Shown in pieces: positions 47,263 to 56,487 of a DNA stretch of 64,000 nt. Every line of letters starts with the position of its first letter. Position 1 is the stretch's first letter. Below the pieces are notes generated by a model. The model was not told the origin of the DNA. It worked only from the letters and a program-made list of their open reading frames with translations, and did not search any database. The position numbers and the translations under genes were made by a program. This DNA is from an uncultured delta proteobacterium. GTDB taxonomy: Bacteria > Desulfobacterota > Binatia > UBA9968. The stretch spans positions 128,001 to 192,000 of the forward strand of contig CAVTUQ010000008.1 in NCBI GenBank assembly GCA_963737905.1. Reading direction: 5' to 3'.

Positions 47263-49572
47263 TCATTCAATTGCCGACCTCGAGAGGCCGAGTGCGCGCT
47301 GAAAGCGGAACCATATGCGGCGCAGCTTCCAGAACTTGCTGCTTTCCATGCCGGCGATCCGACAACGAGCCCAGTTCAGCTCGGTCTGCAACCGGAGCAT
47401 CTCGGCAGCCGATGTGGGAGACTGTAGGTGCTGCAAGGCCGCCAGCAGCATATGAAGCTGCCGTCTTGACCACCGCGACGGGGGTATCTGGGCCAGAAAC
47501 TGACGCATCCGGTATTGGCGTTTCAATCGCGATGCGTGGTCCGAGTCGCCAGTCGTTGACGCCGCTCGCCGGCGCTCACCCAGCGGATACGGATAGTAGG
47601 CTATGCGCTCCCCTGTGGCCATCGCGGCCCATATGATCTCATCGCCTTCTGCGTCGGCGTCTACGTCTTCCAGATATGGAAACTCTCGCAAAAACTTGAG
47701 GGAGACCAGCAAAAATCCCCTAGCGCTTCCGCCTTCGCGGATAAGTCCCGGTACGTATGTGCCGACGGGACTCGTGATTGTTTCGCTGGTATCGTGCCGG
47801 AGTTCAGCGGAGCAGACGATAGCGGTTCCAGTATCCGTCGCCATCATCGATAGTTTCTCTAAGGCAAAGGGCGCGAGGATACTATCCGCATCAATAGTCA
47901 GTAGATAGTCGCCGCCGGCGTGTCCAGCCAGTAAATTTCTAGCGGCTCCTGTGGACAAAACGCGCTCTGGCCGAAGACAACGATACTGCTGAAAGGTGGC
48001 TGACCAAGCAACCACACTCTCTTGGCCGTTGCTCACGTCCCGGTTGTCGAGGAGCAATACCTCCATAGGCGAGCAATGTTGAGCTTTAATGCTATTAACG
48101 GTATCCAGGAAGTGGCGGTGCCGCTCGTTCCAAATAATACCGATCGTAATTCGTGGTCTTTTTGCGACAGTGAGCGCGGTGTGGTTGAGGGCGTCCCGGA
48201 TGTAGCCTAGCTTGCGAGCCAGGAGGGCTCGGTTGATCTCGACTACCTCCCGCTGAGTGGGAGCTTTCGGAGGCTTCCCCCGTGTCTCCAGCGCCCGGGC
48301 AATCGCATCCGATAGGGCACGCGGGTTCTTCGGCTCAAACCAATAGAGGCCGTATGATCGTCCGATAAGGTCGAGAGTTTCGCGAAATCCACCGGTATCT
48401 GATACCACCAACTGTAGCGGAAGCTGACCCATTTCCAGCGCGCTGTTCGGGAAGTTCTCCTGCGGGCTGGTCAGGCAGACCACGGGGCTTTCCAGGCTAT
48501 TCACGTAGCGGATCGCATCGACGCTATACAGATCCGATAGGATGATGTACGGCACGACCCCCGATAACTCGCGGTCGAGATAACCTCGGCTATCCAGGTG
48601 CCGCAACGACGCCGAGTAAAGCGGTACGACCTTTCCAACAAAGACCACTTCTATTTCCCGCTGGAGTTGAGGTTCAAGGGTCTTCACGGCCTCGACGAAG
48701 GTGCAAAGGCCTTTACGCTCTTCAAGTCGACCGAAAAATATCAATGGAATCCGGTGCTCGGCCACCTTGGGTAGATCACTACGGACAGGGCCGGATAAGT
48801 CGATCAGGGGGACGAAGTAAGGCATGTGGACTGCATGGCCTGTGTTCCACCCAAAAGCCCCCATTTTATTTTTGAGGAAGTGCGACGGGAAGAAGACCAG
48901 GTCGGCATTTTCGAACGAGGCCCTCTCGTAGAAGCACACCTGCCATAGCGGGCCTGGGTCTTCAGCCGTGTACTTCTCGTTTGCCTCGAAGACCCACTCG
49001 TGACCGCTGTGCATAGTAACCGCTGTGACACAAGTGGGGCCGATAAGACCGGAGCGTTTCCCCTGGATGGTACGATGGCCGGTGCCCATCATTTCCGGGA
49101 ACTCAATGTAAATGGGCGTGTCAGGGAAGCAATCCGTTATCGCCTGGGCGAAGAAAAGTGAGCAGAGTCCCTCATAATCATAGTAGTCGTTGCGACTCTC
49201 GGCGAGGAGGCGCTCGTGGACCGACTGTAACTCCAGCACATCCCGAGCCTCCTTGGTTGAAAAGACATGCTTGACGGCGGCCAGTTCCGAGCGCCCCCCG
49301 AATGTCCGGTCCGTATAGGTTAGTAGCAGAATGACATGCCAGCCATCTTCGGCCAGGTGTTGGCTCAATGTCCGATAATGGGTCCCCACCCCGCCGTTAT
49401 GAAAGATGCCTTCATATTCGCTGGAAACCAGGAGAGCTACGCGGTCCGGTTTGTCGCGGCGAAGTTGGTCCAATAGTCCACGGGTAAAGCTAACCTTAAA
49501 GTAAACGTCGGACTTGATCCAAGACGTCCACGTGGGCGTCGATGACGCGACCGAAGGCATATTATAGATCAC
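47263..49572 (-). CDS. GT4 + degenerate GT2 glycosyltransferase with MESSKFWKLRR tail (start uncertain)
   Basis: NGGVGT, FFGRLEERKG, ENFPNSALE, SDTGG; GAARN..DYLLTIDAD. Confidence 0.85.
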   Translation of the reverse strand: MIYNMPSVASSTPTWTSWIKSDVYFKVSFTRGLLDQLRRDKPDRVALLVSSEYEGIFHNGGVGTHYRTLSQHLAEDGWHVILLLTYTDRTFGGRSELAAVKHVFSTKEARDVLELQSVHERLLAESRNDYYDYEGLCSLFFAQAITDCFPDTPIYIEFPEMMGTGHRTIQGKRSGLIGPTCVTAVTMHSGHEWVFEANEKYTAEDPGPLWQVCFYERASFENADLVFFPSHFLKNKMGAFGWNTGHAVHMPYFVPLIDLSGPVRSDLPKVAEHRIPLIFFGRLEERKGLCTFVEAVKTLEPQLQREIEVVFVGKVVPLYSASLRHLDSRGYLDRELSGVVPYIILSDLYSVDAIRYVNSLESPVVCLTSPQENFPNSALEMGQLPLQLVVSDTGGFRETLDLIGRSYGLYWFEPKNPRALSDAIARALETRGKPPKAPTQREVVEINRALLARKLGYIRDALNHTALTVAKRPRITIGIIWNERHRHFLDTVNSIKAQHCSPMEVLLLDNRDVSNGQESVVAWSATFQQYRCLRPERVLSTGAARNLLAGHAGGDYLLTIDADSILAPFALEKLSMMATDTGTAIVCSAELRHDTSETITSPVGTYVPGLIREGGSARGFLLVSLKFLREFPYLEDVDADAEGDEIIWAAMATGERIAYYPYPLGERRRAASTTGDSDHASRLKRQYRMRQFLAQIPPSRWSRRQLHMLLAALQHLQSPTSAAEMLRLQTELNWARCRIAGMESSKFWKLRRIWFRFQRALGLSRSAIE

Positions 49573-49809
49573 CCGCGATTGTCATTTGAGACAAAATACA
49601 TGTAAAAATGAGTGAGCGTATGGTTGCCAGCAGGGGTAACAATCCTTGCCCTGCTTAATAAGTACGTCGAAGCGAAATTATCTGAGAATAGGTCTCACTT
49701 CAACATGAATCTTGAGTGCCATGATGGTTTTCTAATCCAAGGCGCTGACAGTCATCGATCCGGCTGAAAGCGCTCCATTCAACGAAGACTTCGACATCTG
49801 GAAAGTACG

Positions 49810-50502
49810 ATGTTACGACGATTGCTCTCACCGTTCGTGAAACGGGCCGCGACAGAGGCCGCATCGCTGATGCCCATCGACCAGCAGTTCTTCACGCAAC
49901 TCATCGAAAAAACGGAAAACTTCGGCCGTCTCACGTGGCTGGGCACGCCTATCTGGCAGAACCTTCTCGACTTATGGACAATCCAGGAGACGATCTATGA
50001 GATACGACCAGCCCTTCTCCTCGAATGCGGAACGAATCGTGGAGGATCGTCCTATTTTTTTGCTACTCTCTTCGACCTGATGGACCACGGGCGGGTCATT
50101 ACTATTGATATCGAAAAACTGCACGATCTGTCCCACCCGCGCATCACATACTTACTCGGTGGTTCGGTGGCGCCAGAGATCCTGGAACAGATCGCATCGG
50201 CGGCGAACGCGACCTCGGGTCCTATCATGGTGCTGTTGGACAGTGACCACAACGAATTACATGTTCGACATGAGATGGAAGCCTACCATCGCTTCGTAAC
50301 TCCAGGGAGTTTTCTCCTAGTACAAGATGGCGTCATCGATACGCTGCCGATCTTCGCTGCCGGAAGGCCGGGGCCGCTGCCAGCGATTGAGGGATTTCTG
50401 AAAGCGCACCCGGAGTTCGAGGTGGATACGGAACGCTGCACCCGATTCTTGATCACGCATTCCCCCAAGGGTTGGCTTCGCCGCCGGCATCTGCCGAGTT
50501 GA
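49810..50502 (+). CDS. CmcI / rhamnosyl O-methyltransferase family protein
   Basis: WLGTPIWQ..DL..IQE.I..IRP..LECGT.RGGS, LDSDH..HV..E, VTPGS.L.VQD. Confidence 0.85.
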   Translation: MLRRLLSPFVKRAATEAASLMPIDQQFFTQLIEKTENFGRLTWLGTPIWQNLLDLWTIQETIYEIRPALLLECGTNRGGSSYFFATLFDLMDHGRVITIDIEKLHDLSHPRITYLLGGSVAPEILEQIASAANATSGPIMVLLDSDHNELHVRHEMEAYHRFVTPGSFLLVQDGVIDTLPIFAAGRPGPLPAIEGFLKAHPEFEVDTERCTRFLITHSPKGWLRRRHLPS

Positions 50503-50701
50503 ACCGCACGCGCCTGGTCATGAGAAAAAATTCAAAAATCATTAAAATTGTGAATTTGGCTCCAACGAAATCAAATACTTGCAACTGTTGTTTTCGCAAA
50601 AAAGGATTTTTTCTCATGACCGCTGTTGCTGTGGTGGGAAGCAGCGCATTTCGAGTTGTGGGCTCACGCGCGAATTACCTTGACGTTTCAAAGAGGACCA
50701 T

Positions 50702-51667
50702 TTAAGTGCTCGCAATTGGTCGCTCCACTCGCAACCGTTGTAGCTCAGTCTGCAATGTAGTGATCTCGTCGCGCTGGGCGACCAACTGCTCCAGACTTTC
50801 GATGGCCGCCAGCACGAGCGCTCAAAAGGCCACGTTGGTTCCGAGCTGCACGAGCTGGCGAGCAAAGGCTGTGTTGGCGAGACGAGTGGCAACATCCGGG
50901 TCGCCAGAGACTCGAGTGGCGACGTGGTGGTACACGATGCAATCAGCGGCGGTTCGATAGTCTAGCAGTTCGAGTACCTCCGCGTTGATTAAATGAGGCC
51001 CTCGCGGCGACAAAACTCTACCGTCAAATTTGCCCGTCACATTGATCGACCGGCGACTGAGGATCGTGGCAAAAAATTCCGACAAGTCAGCCCAAGTCAC
51101 CTCCGACAGCTGATGTACTGCGGCTAATCCCAGCGTATTGATTTTCTCTATGGCGCTCTCTGCAAGGCCCTTGGCGTCCGTGGGTTCCATGAAGCGTTTC
51201 CTGGGAAAACGGGGGTCTCCATCGAGCAATAGTCGGCACAACTGATTGTCGATGACTGGTGCAATGGTCGGTTCGGCCAGGAATGTCTCTAGTGTTCCTT
51301 GGGCGTAGCGATGAACATCGTATGGGTGCCAGACAGTGAGATCCGTAACCCTCCAGTACGCGTAGAGTGAAAGTATGCGGGAGCGTGGTTCGCGAACAAC
51401 CGTGGCTATGGCAGAGGACGGCGCGAGCCTCAGCAGGGTCGGGAGGCAGAAGTGACCACTGACGAGGCCGTAGTTGTGTAGGGATTGCACCTCCGTCTCA
51501 TTTGTAGCGATGAGTGCCCGCGCCTCGGGCCGCAGACGGTCGAAGTCGGTAAAGTCACAGAACGAGGAAACGTCGAAGCGCTTCGGCGCGATGGACCCCT
51601 TGGGCAGCGCCGTTTCAAGCGCTACGTGAATGCTCATTCCCGCGGACTTAGGGACGTGAAGGAAGCA
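50702..51667 (-). pseudogene. sulfotransferase-family gene lacking a canonical start, with in-frame TGA at 50822
   Basis: CFLHVPKSAGMS (5'-PSB loop) lies upstream of the ORF-track Met; SGHF; TVVREPRSRILSLYAY (3'-PB); a coiled-coil-like stretch continues after the TGA. Confidence 0.72.
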
Positions 51668-51860
51668 GTGAGGAAAAGTATGATTTGAAAGCGTATCGAC
51701 ACCAAGCGTTGTGCCGGAATCCCCCGTTGATCGAGCCGTTTTTTACGTATACATTACACCGCCGCAGGCGAGCTTACAACACGGCGAACGCCAAACCGTC
51801 CGTCGTTGGGGTCGATCGCATTTCTGCGCTCGATGATCACCCAGCCCGCCTATGCAGGGT

Positions 51861-54437
51861 TTACCTCAATACTCGCCGCGCGGCGGCCTCGACTCCGCTG
51901 GCGGCGCGGAGGACGAGATGGTCTTCCGGATTATGCTGTCGCACCTGAGCCAAGATCTCGATTGTCTGGTGTGCTCGTCCGCACTCGAGTAGGAGCGCGG
52001 CCTTGGCGCACTCGAGCATGCCCTTCGCGTATCCCGAGAAACGCCCAATCGCGCGGTCCATGAGTTCGATCTTGTGCTCAACCGGCAGGTCCCATAACTT
52101 TACCCGGAGTATATGCGGGGGAATGGGGCGAGTGTGCAGATACACCGTCGTGTTGTATTCGACAAACGCGACGTACTCAAAGTAATCCGCCAAATATTCC
52201 ATGGTCACCGCGAGCCATGGGCACCACTCGAAGACAAGATCTTGCTGGATGACCACGGATCGTCCGGGAATAAGGCAGGGGAAAAAGTCCGTCAGGAGCA
52301 TGTCATTGATGGACCAGTGCTTGGAAATGTCGATAAACATGATCTCGATGGGCTCGCCGGTCCACCCGATCTGGCAGATATCTCCTTGGTTCACTCGTAG
52401 GAGTGACGCCACGGCGCGCGTATTGGCATCGAAGACGGGCCGAAAGCTCTCACCGTTCGCGCAGTTTATGCCCAGCGGTTTCAGGTAGTGCTCGATCATG
52501 TAGGGATCACTTGCGAACAGGTCGTAAACGTGGATGTGCGCGCGTTCCGTGGCATGGCCACCGTCAATCAAACCTCGTGCGAGCGATAAGGTTGAGCCCC
52601 CTAGGAAACAGCCGCCGTCAACGATCTCGCCGGCTCCGGTGTAGTAGTCGCGCGCCAACCAGTAAAGCAGCGCGCGCTCGGCAGTGGAAAGCATGGTCGT
52701 AACGTTAAGCACTTCCAGCGGAATTGTCGCAGCACGCCAGGGAGCCGCGTGCAGTGAGCGCGTGTTGATATTGGAAACCCCCTTCCACTCTGCAGGCTGG
52801 CCGGTAACTTCTCCCATGAAGCGCGCAAATTTTTCGAACGTCTCCTTAGCCATGCGGGGTGTCCCATCACGCTTGGTGATGGACAGGTTACTCCGGTCGT
52901 CGTCATGCTTGTCGAACCCAGGCATCCCTGCTTCACGCAGAGTATAGAAGAGAATGGCCTCTACTCCATGCCGGCGCAGATAACCAGCATCGACCTGATC
53001 GAAGAACGCGTCCCACAGATCCTCCCAGACGATGCTCGGAAGGTCGTCAGGGAGTTCAGGCTCACTGCGCTCGCGGATGAAACGCGTAAACTCTTTGACT
53101 GGGGTGTTGTGCTTGCCAAGTTTTTTAGTACCGATTCCGAACTCGGTGAGCCAAAGCTTCTTACCGAAAAGACTTTGTCCCTGGACAGGATCGCGCGTAA
53201 GAGCTGCAACCTCCTCCAGGAAGTCAAAGCGCTTGAAGTAGGCCCGTGCGAATTCCCGAGGCGACGCCCGCGTCCAGTCCGACTTGTCAGCAGCCGAAAC
53301 AAAGTTGGCATCCCAGATATCATGAAAGGGCCAATGATAGGGGTGCAGACCGATCCTGTCTACGTAGGCAAACGCGTTAGGGACAGCGCGGGCCATTCGG
53401 ATCAGGTAGTCGAGATTGTTGTGGGTTACGCCACCAGACACGATCAACAAGGGCGCTGCTCCTTGCCGGGCTTCATCGCGGAGCGCGTAGGACATGTGCT
53501 CCTGAAATTCGGCAAAGCACTTGACGTACCAATCGAACTTGCGTCCCCAACGAAAGTCGAGGACGGGCGTGACGGGAGGGTGAAGAAGTTGCCACTCCCC
53601 ATCCTGTTCCTGATAGCCCCACGGCGCAGTCTCGAATTCTGCCGAGGCTACGTCAGTCTCCGGGATCTGGGGGAGATGAAGCTCGGTCACATACTTCCCC
53701 AGGGGATGAGCATCGGGATTGGCGGCTCGCTCAATCCGCATCTCGTCCGGTATCCATTCGTAGTCCGGCTCGTTGCAAATCTCGAAGGCCATGACCGCGG
53801 GATTTGATGCTGGAGTAGTTGCTGGTTGTTGCGTGACGTAGCGGCGCACCATGACGCGCAGCAAGTGAATATGAACCAAGAGATAGCGGTGCCACAGGCT
53901 GGCGAATGTGTACCCTCGCCCCATGGCCTGGAGCGTTGAGGCTGCCGGGGCCTCGATGAGCCAGCGCGGTGGAAACTCGACCATGGTCAACAACAGCCGA
54001 ACATGGTGGTGGGGATCGGACTCGCTTGCGTTGTATTGCTCGACCCCAGTTACGTAATCGTCGATGGCTTCGAAATCCAGGGGAGCTCCGGCGAAGTTGC
54101 GATCCTGTGCCAGGCCTGCCAGCAACCGGTCAAGCAGATTGTCGCACTGATCCAGCCGGGCCGCTCGTTCGGCCGCCGTATGAAGATAGACGGGTTTCTC
54201 GCCCTTTTGCCACAAATGGGAGCCCAGAATCGTCCTGATTTCACTGCCCGGACCTTCGCCAAGAATAGAAGCGGCCCCGAAAAAAACCCGGATCAGGTTG
54301 CCCCCGCGCTGACGAGTAATGGCGGCTTCCTGAAGCGCTACCTGCCGCTGAATCTGACGCCGCAAGAGAGCTTCTGTGACGCCGATGAGCTCCGGCTTAG
54401 GCCAGTCCACCCCGCCTACGCTGAACCCTGCGAACAT
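51861..54437 (-). CDS. clan GH-A-like glycoside hydrolase domain fused to a SAM methyltransferase
   Basis: FEICNEP, IGLHPY, LWLTEFG; C-terminal MLS.AER..EIVDGGCFLGGST, IEIMFIDISK, IQQD. Confidence 0.75.
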   Translation of the reverse strand: MFAGFSVGGVDWPKPELIGVTEALLRRQIQRQVALQEAAITRQRGGNLIRVFFGAASILGEGPGSEIRTILGSHLWQKGEKPVYLHTAAERAARLDQCDNLLDRLLAGLAQDRNFAGAPLDFEAIDDYVTGVEQYNASESDPHHHVRLLLTMVEFPPRWLIEAPAASTLQAMGRGYTFASLWHRYLLVHIHLLRVMVRRYVTQQPATTPASNPAVMAFEICNEPDYEWIPDEMRIERAANPDAHPLGKYVTELHLPQIPETDVASAEFETAPWGYQEQDGEWQLLHPPVTPVLDFRWGRKFDWYVKCFAEFQEHMSYALRDEARQGAAPLLIVSGGVTHNNLDYLIRMARAVPNAFAYVDRIGLHPYHWPFHDIWDANFVSAADKSDWTRASPREFARAYFKRFDFLEEVAALTRDPVQGQSLFGKKLWLTEFGIGTKKLGKHNTPVKEFTRFIRERSEPELPDDLPSIVWEDLWDAFFDQVDAGYLRRHGVEAILFYTLREAGMPGFDKHDDDRSNLSITKRDGTPRMAKETFEKFARFMGEVTGQPAEWKGVSNINTRSLHAAPWRAATIPLEVLNVTTMLSTAERALLYWLARDYYTGAGEIVDGGCFLGGSTLSLARGLIDGGHATERAHIHVYDLFASDPYMIEHYLKPLGINCANGESFRPVFDANTRAVASLLRVNQGDICQIGWTGEPIEIMFIDISKHWSINDMLLTDFFPCLIPGRSVVIQQDLVFEWCPWLAVTMEYLADYFEYVAFVEYNTTVYLHTRPIPPHILRVKLWDLPVEHKIELMDRAIGRFSGYAKGMLECAKAALLLECGRAHQTIEILAQVRQHNPEDHLVLRAASGVEAAARRVLR

Positions 54438-54560
54438 TTGTCTCCTTGTCTCTCTTTACTTTTTACGACTGTCGGAAGAACCCATCTCGCCTGCCCGTGG
54501 GTTACCGACACTATTTCCTAAAATAGTGCGGTGTCCTCAACGGTCCCCCAACCAGCGCAG

Positions 54561-55550
54561 TCAAGGATGCTCCTTGCGAAGCCACATCGACGCACCCTGC
54601 AGGGGTCCTAGACCAAGTCCTCCGAGGGCGCTCTCCACGATCTCTGGAAAGGTGGACAGAAAGTGGTGGTTCATAAAAACTACACGGAACGCTTTGTTGT
54701 ACATCAGAAAAGCCAGCAAAAGATATTGTTCATTCCAAAACCAGTTCCGTCCCACAACCCACTCGCGGGGGTACTCGCGTGGAAGGAAGATGTCGTGGAA
54801 GTGAATAAAGACACCTGCGGGCAAGGCCGGCAGCACGTGGAACAGGAGGTGATGAAGATCATTGCCGAGCTTGGAGACGTGGGAGGTGTCTACGAAGAGA
54901 ATATCTCCCGGTTTGAGATCCCGGTAGACGTCCATCGGTACGTCCTGCACGCGCTGCACCAATAGTTGTGAAAGACGACCGCCGATTTCCTGGAGCGTAG
55001 GCGTAGGGTAGGGCTCAATGCAGCGTACCTGGGTCACGCCATTTCGCTCGGCCGCGCGTAGTGCAATGTGCGTCGAAAACCCCGAGCCAACCTCTAATAC
55101 AATTGCTGGATAGTATCGACGAGACAGGCTGTAATAAATAATCGCGTCGAAGTTCGGGAAGAAGTTATTGTTCCAGTAAAACCCGGCGGTACCGGTCCCA
55201 GGGACGTTGGCGAGCTCAGAGGCGAATGGTGCGAGCTCCTTGAAGAGCGTGCGCATTCCTTCCGCGTCGAAAATAAAGGCCGGATTGAGGTAGCGAAGAC
55301 CTTCCCATAAGTTCGGCGCGAGGCTAGCTACCGTGGGTTGCGGCGAGTAGAAGTGGTCTTGCGTGACATGAAACCCGTGCGCTTCGAAGGCGTCAAACAC
55401 GTTTTTCTTCATCCACCAGTATTCTGTCCCGGTCCGCCGTAGCAGCTCGGCCAGCTGAGGAATAAGTTCGATCAACTCCGCCTCGGATAATTCGGCGAGA
55501 ATGGCTTTGAGGCTCTGGGCTTGGGTGTGGTGATCGACGCTCGACGGCAT
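54561..55550 (-). CDS. Methyltransf_24-like SAM methyltransferase
   Basis: HFYSP.P, VLEVGSGFST, IEPYP, DILFVDTSH, HFHDIFLP, WNEQY. Confidence 0.85.
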   Translation of the reverse strand: MPSSVDHHTQAQSLKAILAELSEAELIELIPQLAELLRRTGTEYWWMKKNVFDAFEAHGFHVTQDHFYSPQPTVASLAPNLWEGLRYLNPAFIFDAEGMRTLFKELAPFASELANVPGTGTAGFYWNNNFFPNFDAIIYYSLSRRYYPAIVLEVGSGFSTHIALRAAERNGVTQVRCIEPYPTPTLQEIGGRLSQLLVQRVQDVPMDVYRDLKPGDILFVDTSHVSKLGNDLHHLLFHVLPALPAGVFIHFHDIFLPREYPREWVVGRNWFWNEQYLLLAFLMYNKAFRVVFMNHHFLSTFPEIVESALGGLGLGPLQGASMWLRKEHP

Positions 55551-55555
55551 CCTGG

Positions 55556-56455
55556 TTATCTCTCAGCGATCTGGTGAGCCCGGTAGGATCCTACTCGCCG
55601 GGGCACCTTCTGTAGCACGACAGCGGACTGATAGCTATGGCAAAGAGGTCGTATGTCAAGCAGGGTAAACACTCTGCCCCATACTCGATGCAGATAAGCA
55701 TTGGGGTGAAAGGTGTTACAGTTATAGGTTGATTCCGACGAGTAGTCGAAGACCAGCCGATCCTTGAGATCCCCTCCAACCTGATAGGTGGCACGGAACT
55801 CCTCCGACTGCATGAGGACGTTGCTGTATACCCACGTGGAAGGGAGAATATGCCATGTATCGTCATTATGAACCGTGGCGTAGAGAACACCGTTTGGCTT
55901 GAGGATACGCCGTAGCTCGTATAACCAGCCGAGCTCATACTCACTCATGTGGGTGAACACAGAGAATGCGGTCACGATATCGAAATAATCATCCGGGATT
56001 GGAAGCGACGGCATGGCGCTATTCTTGAATGCTGAGAATCCCGAGGGCAGATACTCGATGACCCAATCAACATTGTTGATGTTGACATCGCAGAGCATGA
56101 TCTCGGCCAGATCGTCGTCTTGAGCGTAAAAGTGCCGCGCAACTCGACCCGTGGCACCTCCAAAATCAAGTAACGTTCCTCCGCGCCATTCCACTGAAGA
56201 ACACGTTTCTTTGATTTTGAGGTAGTCACCAAGACCGGAGAGCCAATACTCGAAGTGATGCTCCCCATAGTAACCTTCGCGGTCCCGGCTGGAAGGAATT
56301 GGCATCGTGTCCCGATCGAGTATGGCTTCGATGGTGGCGGACGCAGCGAGTTTGGCCAGGTCTGGATCTTCAATCATGCTCTTCATGAAATCCCGGGGAA
56401 CTCCAACGGGAAGATCAAGTGGCCGACGTGTGCTAAAGATGTCTCTTAGGGCCAT
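55556..56455 (-). CDS. class I SAM-dependent methyltransferase
   Basis: LLDFGGATGRV, FDIVTAFSVFTH, ELRRILKPNG. Confidence 0.87.
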   Translation of the reverse strand: MALRDIFSTRRPLDLPVGVPRDFMKSMIEDPDLAKLAASATIEAILDRDTMPIPSSRDREGYYGEHHFEYWLSGLGDYLKIKETCSSVEWRGGTLLDFGGATGRVARHFYAQDDDLAEIMLCDVNINNVDWVIEYLPSGFSAFKNSAMPSLPIPDDYFDIVTAFSVFTHMSEYELGWLYELRRILKPNGVLYATVHNDDTWHILPSTWVYSNVLMQSEEFRATYQVGGDLKDRLVFDYSSESTYNCNTFHPNAYLHRVWGRVFTLLDIRPLCHSYQSAVVLQKVPRRVGSYRAHQIAER

Positions 56456-56487
56456 GGTTTCTGTTCTGTTTTCCCGGTCCGGTACTC

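Noticed and set aside
50822-50824. Selenocysteine readthrough of the TGA
   Set aside because: Position is in a non-catalytic tail and no convincing SECIS hairpin was seen.
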